Made by a program: the position numbers and the translations under genes. Under the pieces are notes generated by a model, which saw only the letters and a program-made list of their open reading frames with translations, ran no database searches and was not told the origin of the DNA. From assembly GCA_964016885.1 (NCBI GenBank), contig OZ024740.1:419616001-419680000 (forward strand): a stretch of 64,000 nt of DNA, read 5' to 3'. Source of the stretch: Eledone cirrhosa (lineage: Eukaryota). Below, one piece after another: positions 24,996-38,755 of this stretch (positions are counted from its first letter, which is position 1; each line of letters opens with the position of its first letter).

Positions 24996-25714
24996 TAACC
25001 CTTTAACATTTACATTATTCTATATTTACTATTATATTTTCACAGTAAAGGCTTTACTCCACACAATTATCTCACATAATATTGAATCTGAGATTTTGAT
25101 ATTGGTGAATTGGCAGTATCGGTAGGGGGTCAGACGCCATGCTTTCTAGCATAGTTATGTCCCTTTATGATCCGAGTTCAAATCCCGCCGAGGTTAACTT
25201 TGCCTTTCATCCTTACGGGGTCGATAAAATAAAGTACCAGTAATCATTTCATCATCATTTCATTTCATTTTACGTCCGCTTTTTCCCTGCTTGGGACGGG
25301 AACTGATTCTGGCTTGATTTCTACAGCTGGATGCCCTTCCTAACACCAACCTCATTTACAGTGAGTGCTGGGTGCTTTTTGCCGTGGCACCTCCACGACC
25401 ACTTTGCAGTGGAATCATATGGACCTTAGTCCCTATCATCTCATTTCTACAGCTGAGTAAACTGGAGCAATGTGAAATAAAGTGTCTTGCTCAAGGAAAC
25501 AACACATCACCCGGTCTGAGAATTGAACTGACAACCTTTCGATTGCAAGGCCAATGCTCTAACCACTAAGCCATGTGCCAAAAAGTAGAAACAATTATTT
25601 ATTTTGAGAACAATACCTTAACATCAGTATGAACGGCTGGTTACAGCTAGTTTGAACAGAAAGAGGTGAAAGAATTCTGGCCGGATGCGGCCAGTTTAAA
25701 TGCTAAAGGGTTAA
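24996..25714. mobile_element. TTAA MITE with nested SINE and RTE-UTR fragments
   Basis: ttaaccctttaacattta ... taaatgctaaagggttaa; SINE 25102-25243 resumes at ~25575. Confidence 0.8.
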
Positions 25715-27856
25715 GGTATACACTCAGTTTTCTCCTATCAATTCTAGTTTTTAAGATACAGCATACCACTTTATATACTGATGTATCTGTCCAGTCACAC
25801 ACTGACATTAGAGACACCTGTAGCACCGCATATTTTGGTGCTTTAGAATTTACACCTGTGTTTGAGTATATTTAGATTACTGATTCCAACAATGGGCCAT
25901 TTTTACTCTGTGTGCTCAAATTAATTATCTACTATTTTGATACATAAATAACATTATTAATGCTATTAATATTACAACAAGCCAACACAAGGATTTTAAG
26001 AATATTTTCCTTGTCAAAGCAAAGGTTAGCCTTGCAAACCCCATGACAATGTACCCCATATTGCCCTATACTCTACAGCCCCACCTTGCCAACCTCTTGG
26101 CTTTCATTTTCTCTTCTCTCATTTTTAGCCATGTTTTTCTTGGTTTTCTCCTTCTACATTCACTTCCATCTCTTCTCTTACTCAACCATTTTCATCCTTC
26201 ATCAACACATGACCCAGCCATCTCATTCCATTTTTTTCACAACAATCATTACTGGCTCTATTGCCATTATCCTCCACTAGTCATTGTTTCTCTTCTCTCT
26301 CTTATTACTATATATCTACTTTGTCCACTTATTCTTGACAGGGTCATTGGAGCAGAGTCCTCAAACACTCCTTCCAGTGGGTCATGTCTGAAGCAACTGT
26401 TACCAACTGATTCAGTTGGATTTCCAAGCAAGACCAACCAAGCTCATGGATATTATCCAACCATCTTGCTTGGGGTCAACCCCTGGGTCTCCTGCCAGTT
26501 GGTTTTGCCCGTAAAATCTGTCCAGTGATTCTTTCCTGAGACATTCTAACCACATGACCATAGTATCAGAGATGTGATCTCTCAATTCAGAGAAGTAGCA
26601 GCTTATCGATTGGAGTGGAACTCGTCAAATCGGACCAAGGAAACAATGTTTCCATTGGTCTTTCCATGGCTGATACTATCTACCAGTCACAACACCCAGC
26701 AGAATGAGCAATGTGAAATAAAGTGTCTTCCTCAAGGACATAACACATCACCTGGTCTGAGAATCAAACTTGCAACCTCACTATTACCAATCTAATTCTC
26801 TAACCACGAAGCCATACACCTTCATTATTAATGTATTACACACTGTTACAGATTGTTAAAACAACCTCATATTGCTAAATCAGCACAAAAACTAACAGTA
26901 AAGGCAAAAAAAAGGTGTCTGCTTATTTCCATAAGTGATAAATTCTCTGAATTGAGTACAGAAAATCTTAAATATGGATTTATATGGTCCCTAGATAAGA
27001 GAGTTTATAAAAGATTCCCATGTCATAGCTTCAGTAACGAACACAGAACCCCCTTCATATTCAAAAGCTTTCTTGGTAACCATAATGCAGACAGCTACAC
27101 TGATTTAGGAGAGGACATGTCCACCAATTTAATAATATTAACTGTAACATAAACACCAACATCTATTACCTTTATATTTATGTAGATAGCTTTCCAGAAA
27201 AGTTTGAGGATTTAAGAAAAGAGCAGGGAGAAATATTCAAGTCTAAAGTCTGCCTTGAGCCCAGAGAGTATCAGGCTAGTGCTTATCCTGGTTTCAATGG
27301 TGTGAAGTGACTGAGAGTACAAGACTCCCCCTGGACAGGACGCCAGTCCATCTCAGGGTTAAAGTTTGTTTAGAGCCCTGAGGCTCATCAGGCCAGTGGT
27401 TATCCCGGTTTCTGTTGCATGAAATGACTGAGTACAAGACTTCTCCTGGAAAGGATGTCAGTCCATTACAGCGTTAAACGCTCAGTTATTGTTGGTACTC
27501 ATGTTCAGCTGAGTATACTGGAGCAACATGAAATGAAGTGTTTTGCTCAAGAACACAACACACAGCATTTTGATTGTAAGTCCGACACTCTTACCACAAG
27601 GCCATGGGCCTTCAGAAATATTTAACCAAAATGTAAAAACAATGGAAGATTATTACTGGAACATTTTGGAGGACTGTTCTGTTAAATTACACCCTAGAAG
27701 GTCTTATAAAACAATCTTTATGGTAAATGTCTGATTATTTTATATGGTTTGTGTGTGTTTCTTAGTTGCAGTTACTATAAATTTTAACAGCACTTTTAAT
27801 TGTTGTGCCAAAGTAAACTGTTAAGTAACATGACTGTGTTAATAGCATTGATATAT

Positions 27857-28160
27857 TGTGAAGGCTTAGTGGTTAGAGCATTGAGCTTGCAATCGGAAGG
27901 TTGTGAGTTCAAATCTCGGGTGATGTGTTGTGTCCTTGAGCAAGACACTTTATTTCACGTTGCTCCAATTTACTCAGCTGTAGAAATGAGTTGCAGTGTT
28001 ACTGGTGGTGCCAAGCTGTATCAGCCATTGCCTTTCCCTTGGACAACATCGGTGTCATGGAGAGGAGAGACTGGTATGGGTGACTGTTGGTCTTCCACAA
28101 ACATACTTGCCAAGACTTGGGCCTCAGACGGGAACTTTCTAGATGCAAATCCTATGGTCT
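27857..28160 (+). mobile_element. tRNA-headed CORE-like SINE
   Basis: A-box ggcttagtggttagagc, B-box gagttcaaatct, gtgtccttgagcaagacacttta. Confidence 0.8.
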
Positions 28161-28749
28161 TTAATATATTAATAGTTTTAATTTGTTATTTCTGTATCGA
28201 AATAGCCTGATCATTAGTTAATTATAGCTGACAGGGCAAATTTGATGCCATTTTGGAAATATAAAATATACCTCAAAAGAGATCAAAATATAAAGTGTTA
28301 CTGGGATAATAATTCTGGGCTCCTGGGTGGATATATCAACATAGAGGTATGATGTATCTCTTAAACTGGAGGTAATTGTGTAAAACTAATGGTATGTTTG
28401 TAATCAATGCACCAAATATACCAAAGAATAAGTCTAAATTCTAAGACAACAGTAAGGTTTTTGATGTTGACCAGTACAGTCTTTTGACTCTCATAATTCC
28501 TTGCAGTTATTATTTTTCCTTAGTTTACATTAGATTAAAACTATACATTTTTAATTATTTCTCTCCAATTTCTGCAAACCTACCTTTACAAACAAAAATG
28601 CCATAGCTGTCAAAATTAATTACATACACATATATCTATCTCTATTACTTAATTATATAAATATTTCATACGAAAACATAGAACCAGAATGAAAGAATAT
28701 ATCAAGTCAACTCTGTGTCAATCGGTCTCACACCACCACCACCACAAGG

Positions 28750-30290
28750 GGTACTAGAGCGTCCTTCTATGTTTTGAGGCAAGCCAACACACTGGCTGCA
28801 TTATCGCATTATCGGGGGTAATAGCGAGGCAAAAGCAGTGAGGCAATCAAGCACCCTCACAGATATCTCTAGATACCTTGATAAGGTGAGCCACCAGTGA
28901 TGACAAGAACTTCGTTGTCAGAAGCCCAGCTCCTCTAAATATCTCGAATGCCACAGGCCGGAAAAATTAGTTTATCGATAATTCAGTTTGGCCAAGGAAC
29001 AAGTGACCCTCACTTTTATTGTAGCATCCAGCATGTGGTACGGAGCAAAAGAGTCACTGACTGTAGTGTCCTAAATGAGACATCTACTTACCTAATGACC
29101 TTCTAGTAGATCACCTTGTTGGACTCCTGAGGCAGATGGGATGAAATGGTCACTAAAGGAGAAGTAGGAGGGCTCCTGATAAGCCTACCAAACAAAGTGG
29201 TAGAGCTGTGGGACCCTTTTCTTTACTGAGCGGAGGATGATATGATAAATGGAGTTGAAGGCATTCTTGAGATCAAGTTTGAGGATAACTTTGGGGACTT
29301 CATAAGGCAAGTTGGTAAAAGCTCTTGTGGCATGGGTGACTTCTTCACAATGGGAAAATTCTGCAGACAGGCAATCAAAAACTGGTGAGAGATACATTTT
29401 TACTGTTAGCTATCACAGAGTACACCCAACTGCAATGGGGTGGAGGTCACCATTGGGTTTTGTGAGGCCAAATAGTATAGCCCCAAAGAACAAGAGGCGA
29501 ATATAGGGGACGACAGTCTCAGACGAGAACATGTTGACAAACTGAGTCAGATTCTCCAAGTGTTCAAGGCCAATATGACTGGCCAACAAGGAGATACCAT
29601 CCTTAAGATGCTGGGGTCATGGACTATCGATCCCTGCACCAGAACGCACAGGAAAGGATGCAATTGCCTTCCTGGTATTACCCGAAGTGAAAACTGGTTG
29701 TAAATAACCTGCTGGGTCAGGCCAGTGTAAAGAGTTATCCAGAGAGACCAGAGGATATTTCTCTCTGAATCATCCAAGAGAATCTGTATTACACTGAGGA
29801 AGGACAGAGAGGAGAGAAGCTGAAGAGCCCCTTTAATGTTAAATTGACAGTTTTCTTTGAATTTGGTGATAGTCCATTGTTAGGAGCTGTGCTGATCACC
29901 AACCCAGGATGAACAGTGGTTGAGGTGCACTCAAACGACTCAAGCTGTTATTTTAGGGAAGATGTGTAGGAACCAGTTTTCACATTATGCACGTGGAAAG
30001 AAACAAAGGAATAAGAACAGTTTCTGCCAATCAGATGTGTTGGATAGGCAAATGTACTTTAACAGTTTGGAAAGAGCAGGGGCGAAACAATTCCAAACCT
30101 CACTTTGGGATCCAATTGATGGGCTTCAACTTGATTAAGCCCCAGAGGGCAGCAACAAAATCTTCAGCAGGAAGCTGGTCATTGGAGCAAGGTTCTGCCC
30201 CACAAAATATGTCAGAGTTGAGGTGACATTGGTTACAAGTCAAGTTTGAAAAAGTTTCAGCTTGAACCTTAGTAATACCCACGCAATTCC
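28750..30290 (-). mobile_element. Decayed, internally deleted CRE-clade non-LTR retrotransposon
   Basis: Minus-strand remnants SGAGIDSP, KPNGDLHPIAVGCTL, ILKLDLKNAFNSI, SGVQQGDLL, DTTVSDSFAP. Confidence 0.75.
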
Positions 30291-30396
30291 TGTGATAGCT
30301 TCAGCAACACAAATGACATTTGATGGACTTCAAATGAGGACTTGTGCGGATACAGAGAATGTAATTTGGTAGTGAATTGGTGGCAACTGTAGAACT

Positions 30397-30590
30397 TCCA
30401 CCAGCAACGCCACCACCACCACCACTACCTGCAACAAAGCTACCACTATCGCCACCATTGCCACCACATGAAACAGAACTACTACAACCACCACCACCAC
30501 CACATGTAACATAATTGGCACTACCACCACCTGCAACAGAACTGCCACCACTTCCACCATTCCCACCACCACCACCACCACCAGAACCAG
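30397..30590. repeat. Degenerate (CCA)n low-complexity tract
   Basis: CCA/ACT triplets. Confidence 0.85.
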
Positions 30591-31061
30591 CTGTAAAATA
30601 GTCTACCATTCATTTGAAGAGACAATAAACTTGTTTCTGTCAAAAGTTACAATGTTATACTGTAATATATAGCATTGATACTAAATATTGTTAATACACC
30701 AACCATTACTAGCAAGGAAAATAGATGTGAAATAATGATGATACTTGTAATATATTAAAAATTAAAAGCTACAGTATCTTAAACGTCTCTCATCTCTTTA
30801 AACCAGCTTGTTACAGGTTTCACTGACACCATTAAATAAATCACCCAACTGTTTGGTTACCCTAATTCTAATAAGAAACATTGTTGTATGATTTTTAATT
30901 AATTTTTTAAATACTCAAGAATTTGGAAGGGTTTAGTTATATAATTATTTTTTTCAGTACTAAGCAGGCATCTGGAACATAACTTAACAAATGTTCTTAT
31001 ATAAAATCATGGTGGACAGCTTTTAGATAAATACAAACACTTTTAAATGAATAGTTTTATA

Positions 31062-31360
31062 AAAAAAAGAAGATATGTAGCTGATCCGTTGGACTCTAAG
31101 CACTGAGAATATAGTGTAAATATAAAGAATGATGTTAGAGATGCTATTAACTAGAGTGAAGATGCTTAAAAGATGGAAAAAGAGGATGTCATTGGTTGCT
31201 ATGAGGAATTGAACCCTTAGCTAGTCTCTGGAAGATATGGGGTTCAATTCCTCATAGCAGCCAATGGCAACTTCTTTTTCTGTCATTTAAGGGTTTCGCC
31301 CTATTTCATAAGCTGTTTTATAGTATCTCCACACATGAGCCCATCATTCTTTATATCAAC
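31062..31360. mobile_element. Imperfect fold-back insertion with 14-bp flanking direct repeat
   Basis: tgaatagttttata at 31048-31061 and 31361-31374; cattggttgctatgaggaattgaaccc / gggttcaattcctcatagcagccaatg. Confidence 0.7.
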
Positions 31361-33472
31361 TGAATAGTTTTATATTGTAGAATCAGGGCAGTTTCAAGTA
31401 GACTGGTATAAAAAAGGATTAAAGTATGAAATAGGAGGGATTTATCTATCTGATTTTACCATAAAACCACCAGAACAGTCCATTGTCTGTCACCTCTGGT
31501 TGCTTACACTTTTGATACCTCTAACACAGGGTTTCCCATTAAAAGTCTTCATTCCTAGTAGGTTTATTTTGTTATTGTTGGGTGATGGGCTGGGATAACC
31601 CCTTAGTTATGTGAAGGGCATCACAGCCTCCCTATTGTTGCTGATCTCCACAATAAACACACCCAGTACATTCTGTAAAGTGGTTGGTCATAAGAAGAGC
31701 ATCCAGCCATAGAAAGCTTGCCAAACAAAGGTTGGGAGGACTCTTCAGTCATGTCATAAACATTACAACCTCTCCTGTGCACCCGGTATAATGTGAGATC
31801 ATACATAAGCGAAATGCAGATCTCTAGCCTGTCTGGGAGATGAGTAACTCCACTTCAGTACTGACTTGGTCTAGCAGGGAAAGTGGACATTAAAACAATG
31901 ATGATGATGAGGAGGATGATGATGATATTTCTCAAGACATAAATCAGGTGAAAACTACTTTTAGAAACTGGAACCAAGTTTCAGACTAAGTTAGTCAAAA
32001 GATGACTGTACTTTCTTCTGTTCAGTGTTTGCCAACTCTAATTAACAGGATGACAAAAACATAATTAGTTCTCTCTTATTAACATTGATTAATGTTTAGT
32101 TTTGCTTTTAGCCCATCACACAAAGACCAAGTGTCATGACTAATTTGTTTGAAATAATATTTATGATTCATTCTTAAATAAATTAATGAACTTCTCAGGT
32201 TTTGATGTTTCTATGCAAAGGTTAATTTTTAACATAATAATCAAATAATGAACTTTTTTAAAAGACATTTTGAAAGACATCCATATCAGTATCTAGTGTA
32301 ATATAGATTGAACTGTTAATAGAAACCATTTCTTGTTTGTGATATAATTTAGAATCATTTCTTTGATGACAAATTCATCCTAAGGATCATAAGAGTGACC
32401 AGGTGATTTCATGCCTCTATATGATGAGGTTATTGTGTAAGGTACTATTTTTGTAGTAACCTAAAGACAGCTTCAAATAACTATTGGTAGCCTGGTATAG
32501 AGGTTGTAAGCTGCCCCCCCCCCCCCCCCCACACACACACTCACACACATATATATATGCACACACACATATATGTAAACAAGACTGTTATTGCTCCAAC
32601 CAGTCTATTCACTTTCAATAACTACCCTAAATATACATACACTTATACTACACATATATACACTATATACATATATAGAACAAACAGAAGCAATCATTGA
32701 ATGTCTTGTGTATAAACAATGCACTTGGAAAACAAAGCCAACAATAAACACATATATATTATATACACACAAACTTCCTTTCTTCATTTGAGTTGCCTCT
32801 TATAAAGTTTTGTAGATATTCTAAGTACATGCTTGCGCAGCAGCTGTTCCCAGCTCTGTTGATTTATGTTGGTAATAGAGAGTTATTTCTGAAGTGGGGA
32901 TTCTCAAGTCTCCCTTCTCAGAATAATTCAATAAATAAAGTGACTGCTTATCCAGGAGAACCTCTGTGTTTATTCAACCTACTAGAAATAGCAGCCATTT
33001 ATCTCCTTTAAGTGCCATCCCTCAGTTTGAAAGGGGAAGGATACCTTGACTAATGTGGTCCAGGGTGCACTATGTCTGAATACAACTGAATGGCTTTGAT
33101 CATAGGCCTGCTTAATGAGGGCTAACCTGGGATTTCAAGATTTTAGTTATCCTGAGGTAGATGGACTGGCGTCTTGTCTGTTGGGGGGGGGGGTATTGTA
33201 CTCTATTGTTTAATGCCATGGTAACTGTGATAAGAGCCAGCCTGATGAGGCCCCCCTCCTTCCGGCTGGAGACAGAATTTAGACTTTTTTAAAGGTAGAT
33301 ATAAACAGGAAGTTTATAAAGTGGCCCCTACAGGAAGCTATGTTCATGTGGGAGCAAGAAGAACACAATCAGAAGTGTTTTTCTTTTAAATTAGAAATAT
33401 GGTAACAAAAGGGTTAAGGAGACATGGGTTCAGATTTTACTCCTGTCAATCCATATTTATTGATTTGTTATC

Positions 33473-33737
33473 TAGGACCACATTTAAACTTTGACGGGGC
33501 CCAGGGCAGTTCAGGTTTAGCGGAGCCCTCATGTAACAACACACATGCACGCATCATCATCATCTTCATTTAACGTCCATCTTTCATGCTAGCATGGGTT
33601 AGAGCATATATATATATATGTGTGTGTGTCTATGTATATATACACACATAAGTAGGAAGAAAGAGAGAGAGAAGAGACTCATTTGATGAGGAGGGGTGGG
33701 GGGGGGGGGGGCATTTGCCCAAATAAATCAGGTCCTG
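33473..33737. mobile_element. hAT-type MITE, degenerate
   Basis: TIRs taggaccacattta / taaatcaggtcctg; 8-bp TSD ttgttatc/gtgttatc. Confidence 0.6.
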
Positions 33738-34651
33738 GTGTTATCTTACCCCAGTTCAGGTGAGAGTAAAAATTAGATTGTCTAAAAAGTAAAAGAAATT
33801 ATAATCATCAGCTTGTGCCCTTAACAAGGTACTTAACTTTAGCCCAGTTTGTTCCACTGAATGAAAAACTAGTGGACACTCCTTGTTCATGGTTGAACGG
33901 TAAGCAATAGAAAGACCACCTACCTATAAAAAGAATTGCTCCAACTAACAAACCATTCCATTAAAATATTCAGAAAATTTTTGATTTAAATCTAAATTGT
34001 GATAGCTTCCTTTGTGAATAGATTTTAAGTGATATGTTGTTTTTTCTTTAAGTCTCATTTGTTTTTAAGAATATTTTCATTCTCCAAAGCTAATTTTTTT
34101 ATTGCTTTGAGGAAAGATTCTTGTTGTCTAAACCATGTTCTTTATTGACATTTTTATGATATTTTGTTACCCTCATTGAATACAAATATAACATGTCATT
34201 GCAGATATACTCTTACAACACAGTTTATACAAATATAACATGTCATTGAATACAAATATAACATGTCATTGCAGACTCTTACAACACAGTTTAATTCATC
34301 CTGACATCTGTGTAAATCGAAATATTTTATGTTTCACATAATCTCAATGTAAGACAGCCTGCAGGTATCAGCCCCACGATCTAAATGTACCATGTTTCAC
34401 ATACTCTCAATGTAAGACATTTAACCTGCAGGTGTGAGCCCCAGGATCTAAATATTTTATGATTCACAGGTGCGATCCCTGTGAGGTGGGGTGGCTGTTC
34501 CAGTACGTCTTCCTCGCTATCCTCTAGGGTAATGTCTTCTCCATTTTGTCAGCCTGGACCAAGAGGTGGACAATATATTAGAAAAGATGTATATACATAT
34601 ATTAACCTTTTAGCATTTACATTACTCCATATATATTACTCCATATATATA

Positions 34652-37600
34652 TATTATTATATTTAATTATTCTAGAACCTTCATCACATCACTCCCTATC
34701 ATTGTCTATAGCTTGCTCCTTCTCACCCCCCCCCCTCTTATCTCCGCAAGTATAAAATAAACCCTGTAGGGTTCTAAGGCCAGAATATCTATCTAATCTC
34801 TCTTTACGGACGATTTGTTGACTTGAGAAATGTAAGCAAAACACTTGTCTTTCCATTTTTCCGTACTCCATTTGATGACCAGTGTTTTAAACTTTTATTT
34901 ATGCCAGTCTGGAATCTAATCTCTTTTTTTTTCTCTTGGATTTTCAATTAATATTTTACATGTTTTTTAATAATATGCCTCATTCTGTTTGGACCCTTCC
35001 TAAAAACTAACCTTCTCCTAAAGTTACCATCATTGCTATTTGGTCCAATCATAACTCAGTGGTTTATAGTAAGTTCTCTTACAAATCTGTATAGCAAAGC
35101 TACCACCTCAGTTATTATTCCATAAGTTTAGACCTGGTTGATTTTCAGTCTGCTAGGTGGACTGCGGAATTTGGAAAGTCTGAACACTCAATGACAATGT
35201 CACAGATAAAGATAAATTCACCTCCCGCTGCAGGACGAGAATGCAAGGACCGCTCTTTATTTCAGACATGGATGACCTACATAATTCCGTCTCCCACACC
35301 CCTCCCTGCCCCTCCAACCCATCCATTCCACCCACCCAACTTCAGAGTTGGTACCATGAACATAGGCACATTGAAATGCCACTCAAATGAGGTTGTAGAG
35401 ATGCTTGAACATAAGGAAGTTGATGTTTGTTGTGTTCAAGAGACTAGGTGGAGAGGTGGGTCTGCTAGATTCATTGTGGGTAAAAAACGATGCTATAAAC
35501 TTTTCTGGGTGGGAAATAACAACCGACTGGGTGGAGTAGGAATTATGTTAGCTGAAAAATGGGTACATAAGGTAATTGACATAAATAGAGTGAATGACAG
35601 AATAATTAAAATAAGACTAGTTCTAAATAGAACTACTGTGACAATAATATCAGCTTATGCACCCCAATCTGGTCTACCTGACGTTATAAAGGACAGGTTC
35701 TATGAGTCGCTAATGCACACTACCTCCCAAATAACCAACCGTGACTACTTAATTATTGCTGGCGACCTAAATGGTCACGTTGGACAACATAGGGATGGCT
35801 ATGATGGAATCCATGGAGGTTATGGGTTTGGTAATAGAAATGAGGAGGGCTTCAGAATCCTGGAATTCTGTGACGCTAATAACCTAATATCTGTAACACA
35901 AACTTCATAAAACGAGAAAATCACTTGATCACCTATAGATCAGGGGAACACGCCAGCCAGATAGATTATATCCTTACTAGAAGACGTGACAAAGTGTCTG
36001 TTGTAAACACTAAATCCCTCCCCTGTGAAGAATGCACCTCCCAACATAGCCTAATAGTTAGTGACCTCATAGTCAGGAATAGATGTACTCGATGACAGAG
36101 GAGGCCTACCTTGAGGAGAAGAATATGAAAGTTGAAGGGCCCCAAAGCCAGTGACAAATTTAAAAGCTTATTACTTGATGCTTTTGACAGTAAGGAAGAG
36201 CAATTAGAGACGTACAATGTAGAGGAACAGTGAGAATTCTTAAAAGTGAACCTGCTGAAAGTGACGGATGAAATCTGTGGCTGGAGCAGACCTATTGGCA
36301 GGAGGAGAGTAACTTGGTGATGGAACAGTAAGGTGGAGGAGACAATCAAGGCCAAAAAGCAGGCTTGGAAAGTATGGCAGGATAGGGGAAGTAGAGAACA
36401 CTATCAAGTGGCCAGGAGAGAAGCTAGGAGACAAGTATACCTTGCAAAAAGGGAAGCAGAGGATAGAAAGTTCAAGCATGTTCTACGTGAGGACCAAAAA
36501 CATGAGGTGTTCAGGATTTCTAGACAATGTATCAAGGAAAACCGTGATATTGTCAGGGAGAAGTGTGTCCGTAATGATAATGGTGTACTTGCCCTCACTG
36601 ATACTGATAAGAAGGTAGCTTGGAAGTCTCACTACGAGATACTACTAAATGAGAATAAATGGGAAAAAGATAGTCTGCCCCAAATCGATCCAATAGAAGG
36701 ACCAGCGGTGCAAGTTAAAGGTAGTATAATAAGTAAGACAATCAAAGATATGAAGACAGGCCAGGCCACGGGCCTTTGGAGATAGTTGCTGAGATGTTGA
36801 GCATCTGGAATGGTAGGGCATGCTATGGTCACCCGGATAGTAAACCAAGTAATACAAAATGGGGTCATACCAAAAGACTGGCATAGCATCATCATCATTA
36901 ACTGCTACAAGGGTAAACGGGATGCTCTAGATAGGGGAAACTATAGAGGCATTAAGTTAGTTGACCAGGTCATGAAGGTCACAGAAAGAGTTATAGTGCA
37001 ACTATTCAGAGAGCGAATTGATCTAGATGAAATGCAGTTTGGGTTTGTGTCAGGTAAAAGTACCACAGACGCTCTTTTCCTTGTACGACAACTACAGGAG
37101 AAGTACCTAGCTAAAAGTAAACCCCTCTACTTAGCTTTTGTAGACCTGGAGAAAGCCTTTGACAGAGTCCCCCGCTCCATTATCTGGTGGGCTCTTAGAA
37201 AACTAGGTGTAGATGAATGGCTTGTGAGAGCTATACAAGCCATGTATAAAGAAACAGTCAGTAAGGTTAGAATTAACAATGAATGTAGTGAAGAATTTAG
37301 TGTAAAAGTTGATGTTCATCAAGGCTCTGTCCTTAGCCCCCTCCTATTTATTATTGCCCTTCAGGTTATAATAGAGGAGTTTAAGACCGGCAGCCCATGG
37401 GAACTCCTATACGCAGATGATCTAACTCTCATAGCTGAATCTATGGCTGAACTAGAGAAGAAATTCCAAACATGGAAGCATGGCCTAGAATCAAAAGGCC
37501 TTAAAGTTAACTTGTCTAAGACTAAAGTTAGTATGTAGAAAAGAAAATAGGGCACAGGTGCCCTCTGGGAAATGGCCATGTTCAGTGTGTAGGAAAGGAG

Positions 37601-38755
37601 TAGGTAGAAATTCCATTTTATGTCTCAAATGCAAACTATGGGTACATAAAAGATGTAGTGGGATCACAGGTAAACTATCTCAGAACGTAGATTTTATATG
37701 TGGCCGATGCTCAGGTGCAATAAGTAGCAAGTGCCCCTTCTATTGCCCAGATGGTTCTATAGAAATAGTGGACACTTTCTGTTACCTGGGTGACAAGATC
37801 AGCATTGGTGGAGGGTGCTCTGAAAGTACAGTAGCCAGAGTCAGAGCGGGATGGAAAAAGTTCAGAGAGCTTATACCGCTGTTGGCCACAAAAAGTTTCT
37901 CTTTAAAAATGAAAGGCAGATTGTATGATGCCTGTATACAAACAGCAATACTACATGCCAATGAGACATGGGCATTGTGTGCAGAGGACCTGCGTAGACT
38001 GGAAAGGAACGAAGCATGCATGCTCCGTTGGATGTGTAATAGTAATATACATGAACGGCAAAGCATAAATGAACTAAGTAAGAAATTAGGAAAAAGAGGG
38101 ATCAGATGCTGTTTACTTGAAAGAAGACTACGTTGGTATGGCCACGTGATGCGCATGAAAGACGACAGCTGTATAAAAAAGTGCAGGGCGATCAAAATTG
38201 ATGGAAGTTATGGAGTAGGTAGACCCAGAAAAACATGGGACGATTTGATAAATTCCGACCTTGCACACTTGCACCTCTCTAAGACAATGTCACTGGACCG
38301 AGATCTTTGGCGCCACGCAATAATACAGAAAACCCATCTTGTCTATGTACAAAGCGAAACTTACAGTCAGTAAGCACCTTAACCAAATATGCACCCCATC
38401 CCACTACCCCTACTCCACCCTCCCACTCCCAGCAACACCACCCTTTCTCTGTAAAGTTGGTACCACAACATCCAGTCCAAATAAATGAGATAATGAGATC
38501 GAGATCGTGTAGGTGTCACATAAAAAAAAACACAGTCCACATTGTAATGTGGCCGTGTAGGTAACACGGTAAAAAGTTCCCAGTCCACACTGTAAATGTG
38601 GTTGATGTTAGGAAGGGCATCCAGCCGTAGAAAACCTGCCAGATAGTCCTATATGTGCGAGACACGGTCACCCGACCAACCTTGCCTCAAATTGGGACAA
38701 CTCCCGTCTAACCCATGCTAGCCTGAACGTTAAACGATGATGATGATGATGATGA
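34652..38755 (+). mobile_element. Near-full-length RTE LINE-B inserted in a TTAA MITE
   Basis: 5' UTR, ORF, 3' UTR and (GAT)n 38737-38756; MITE left part 34602-34650 and right part 38756-38956. Confidence 0.9.
35191..38373 (+). pseudogene. RTE ORF (APE, RT, PHD-like finger) with frameshifts and stops
   Basis: VQETRW, AGDLNGH, VDLEKAFDRV, QGSVLSPLLF, LLYADD, KWPCSVC...C..C..WVHKRC...C..C, RLRWYGHV. Confidence 0.95.

Noticed and set aside
30301-30609. Gly-rich 102-aa ORF
   Set aside because: Explained by a degenerate (CCA)n tract with no splice or domain evidence
34808-34851. Degenerate hammerhead-like string in LINE-B 5' region
   Set aside because: Core has several mismatches and no stem III; cannot be supported
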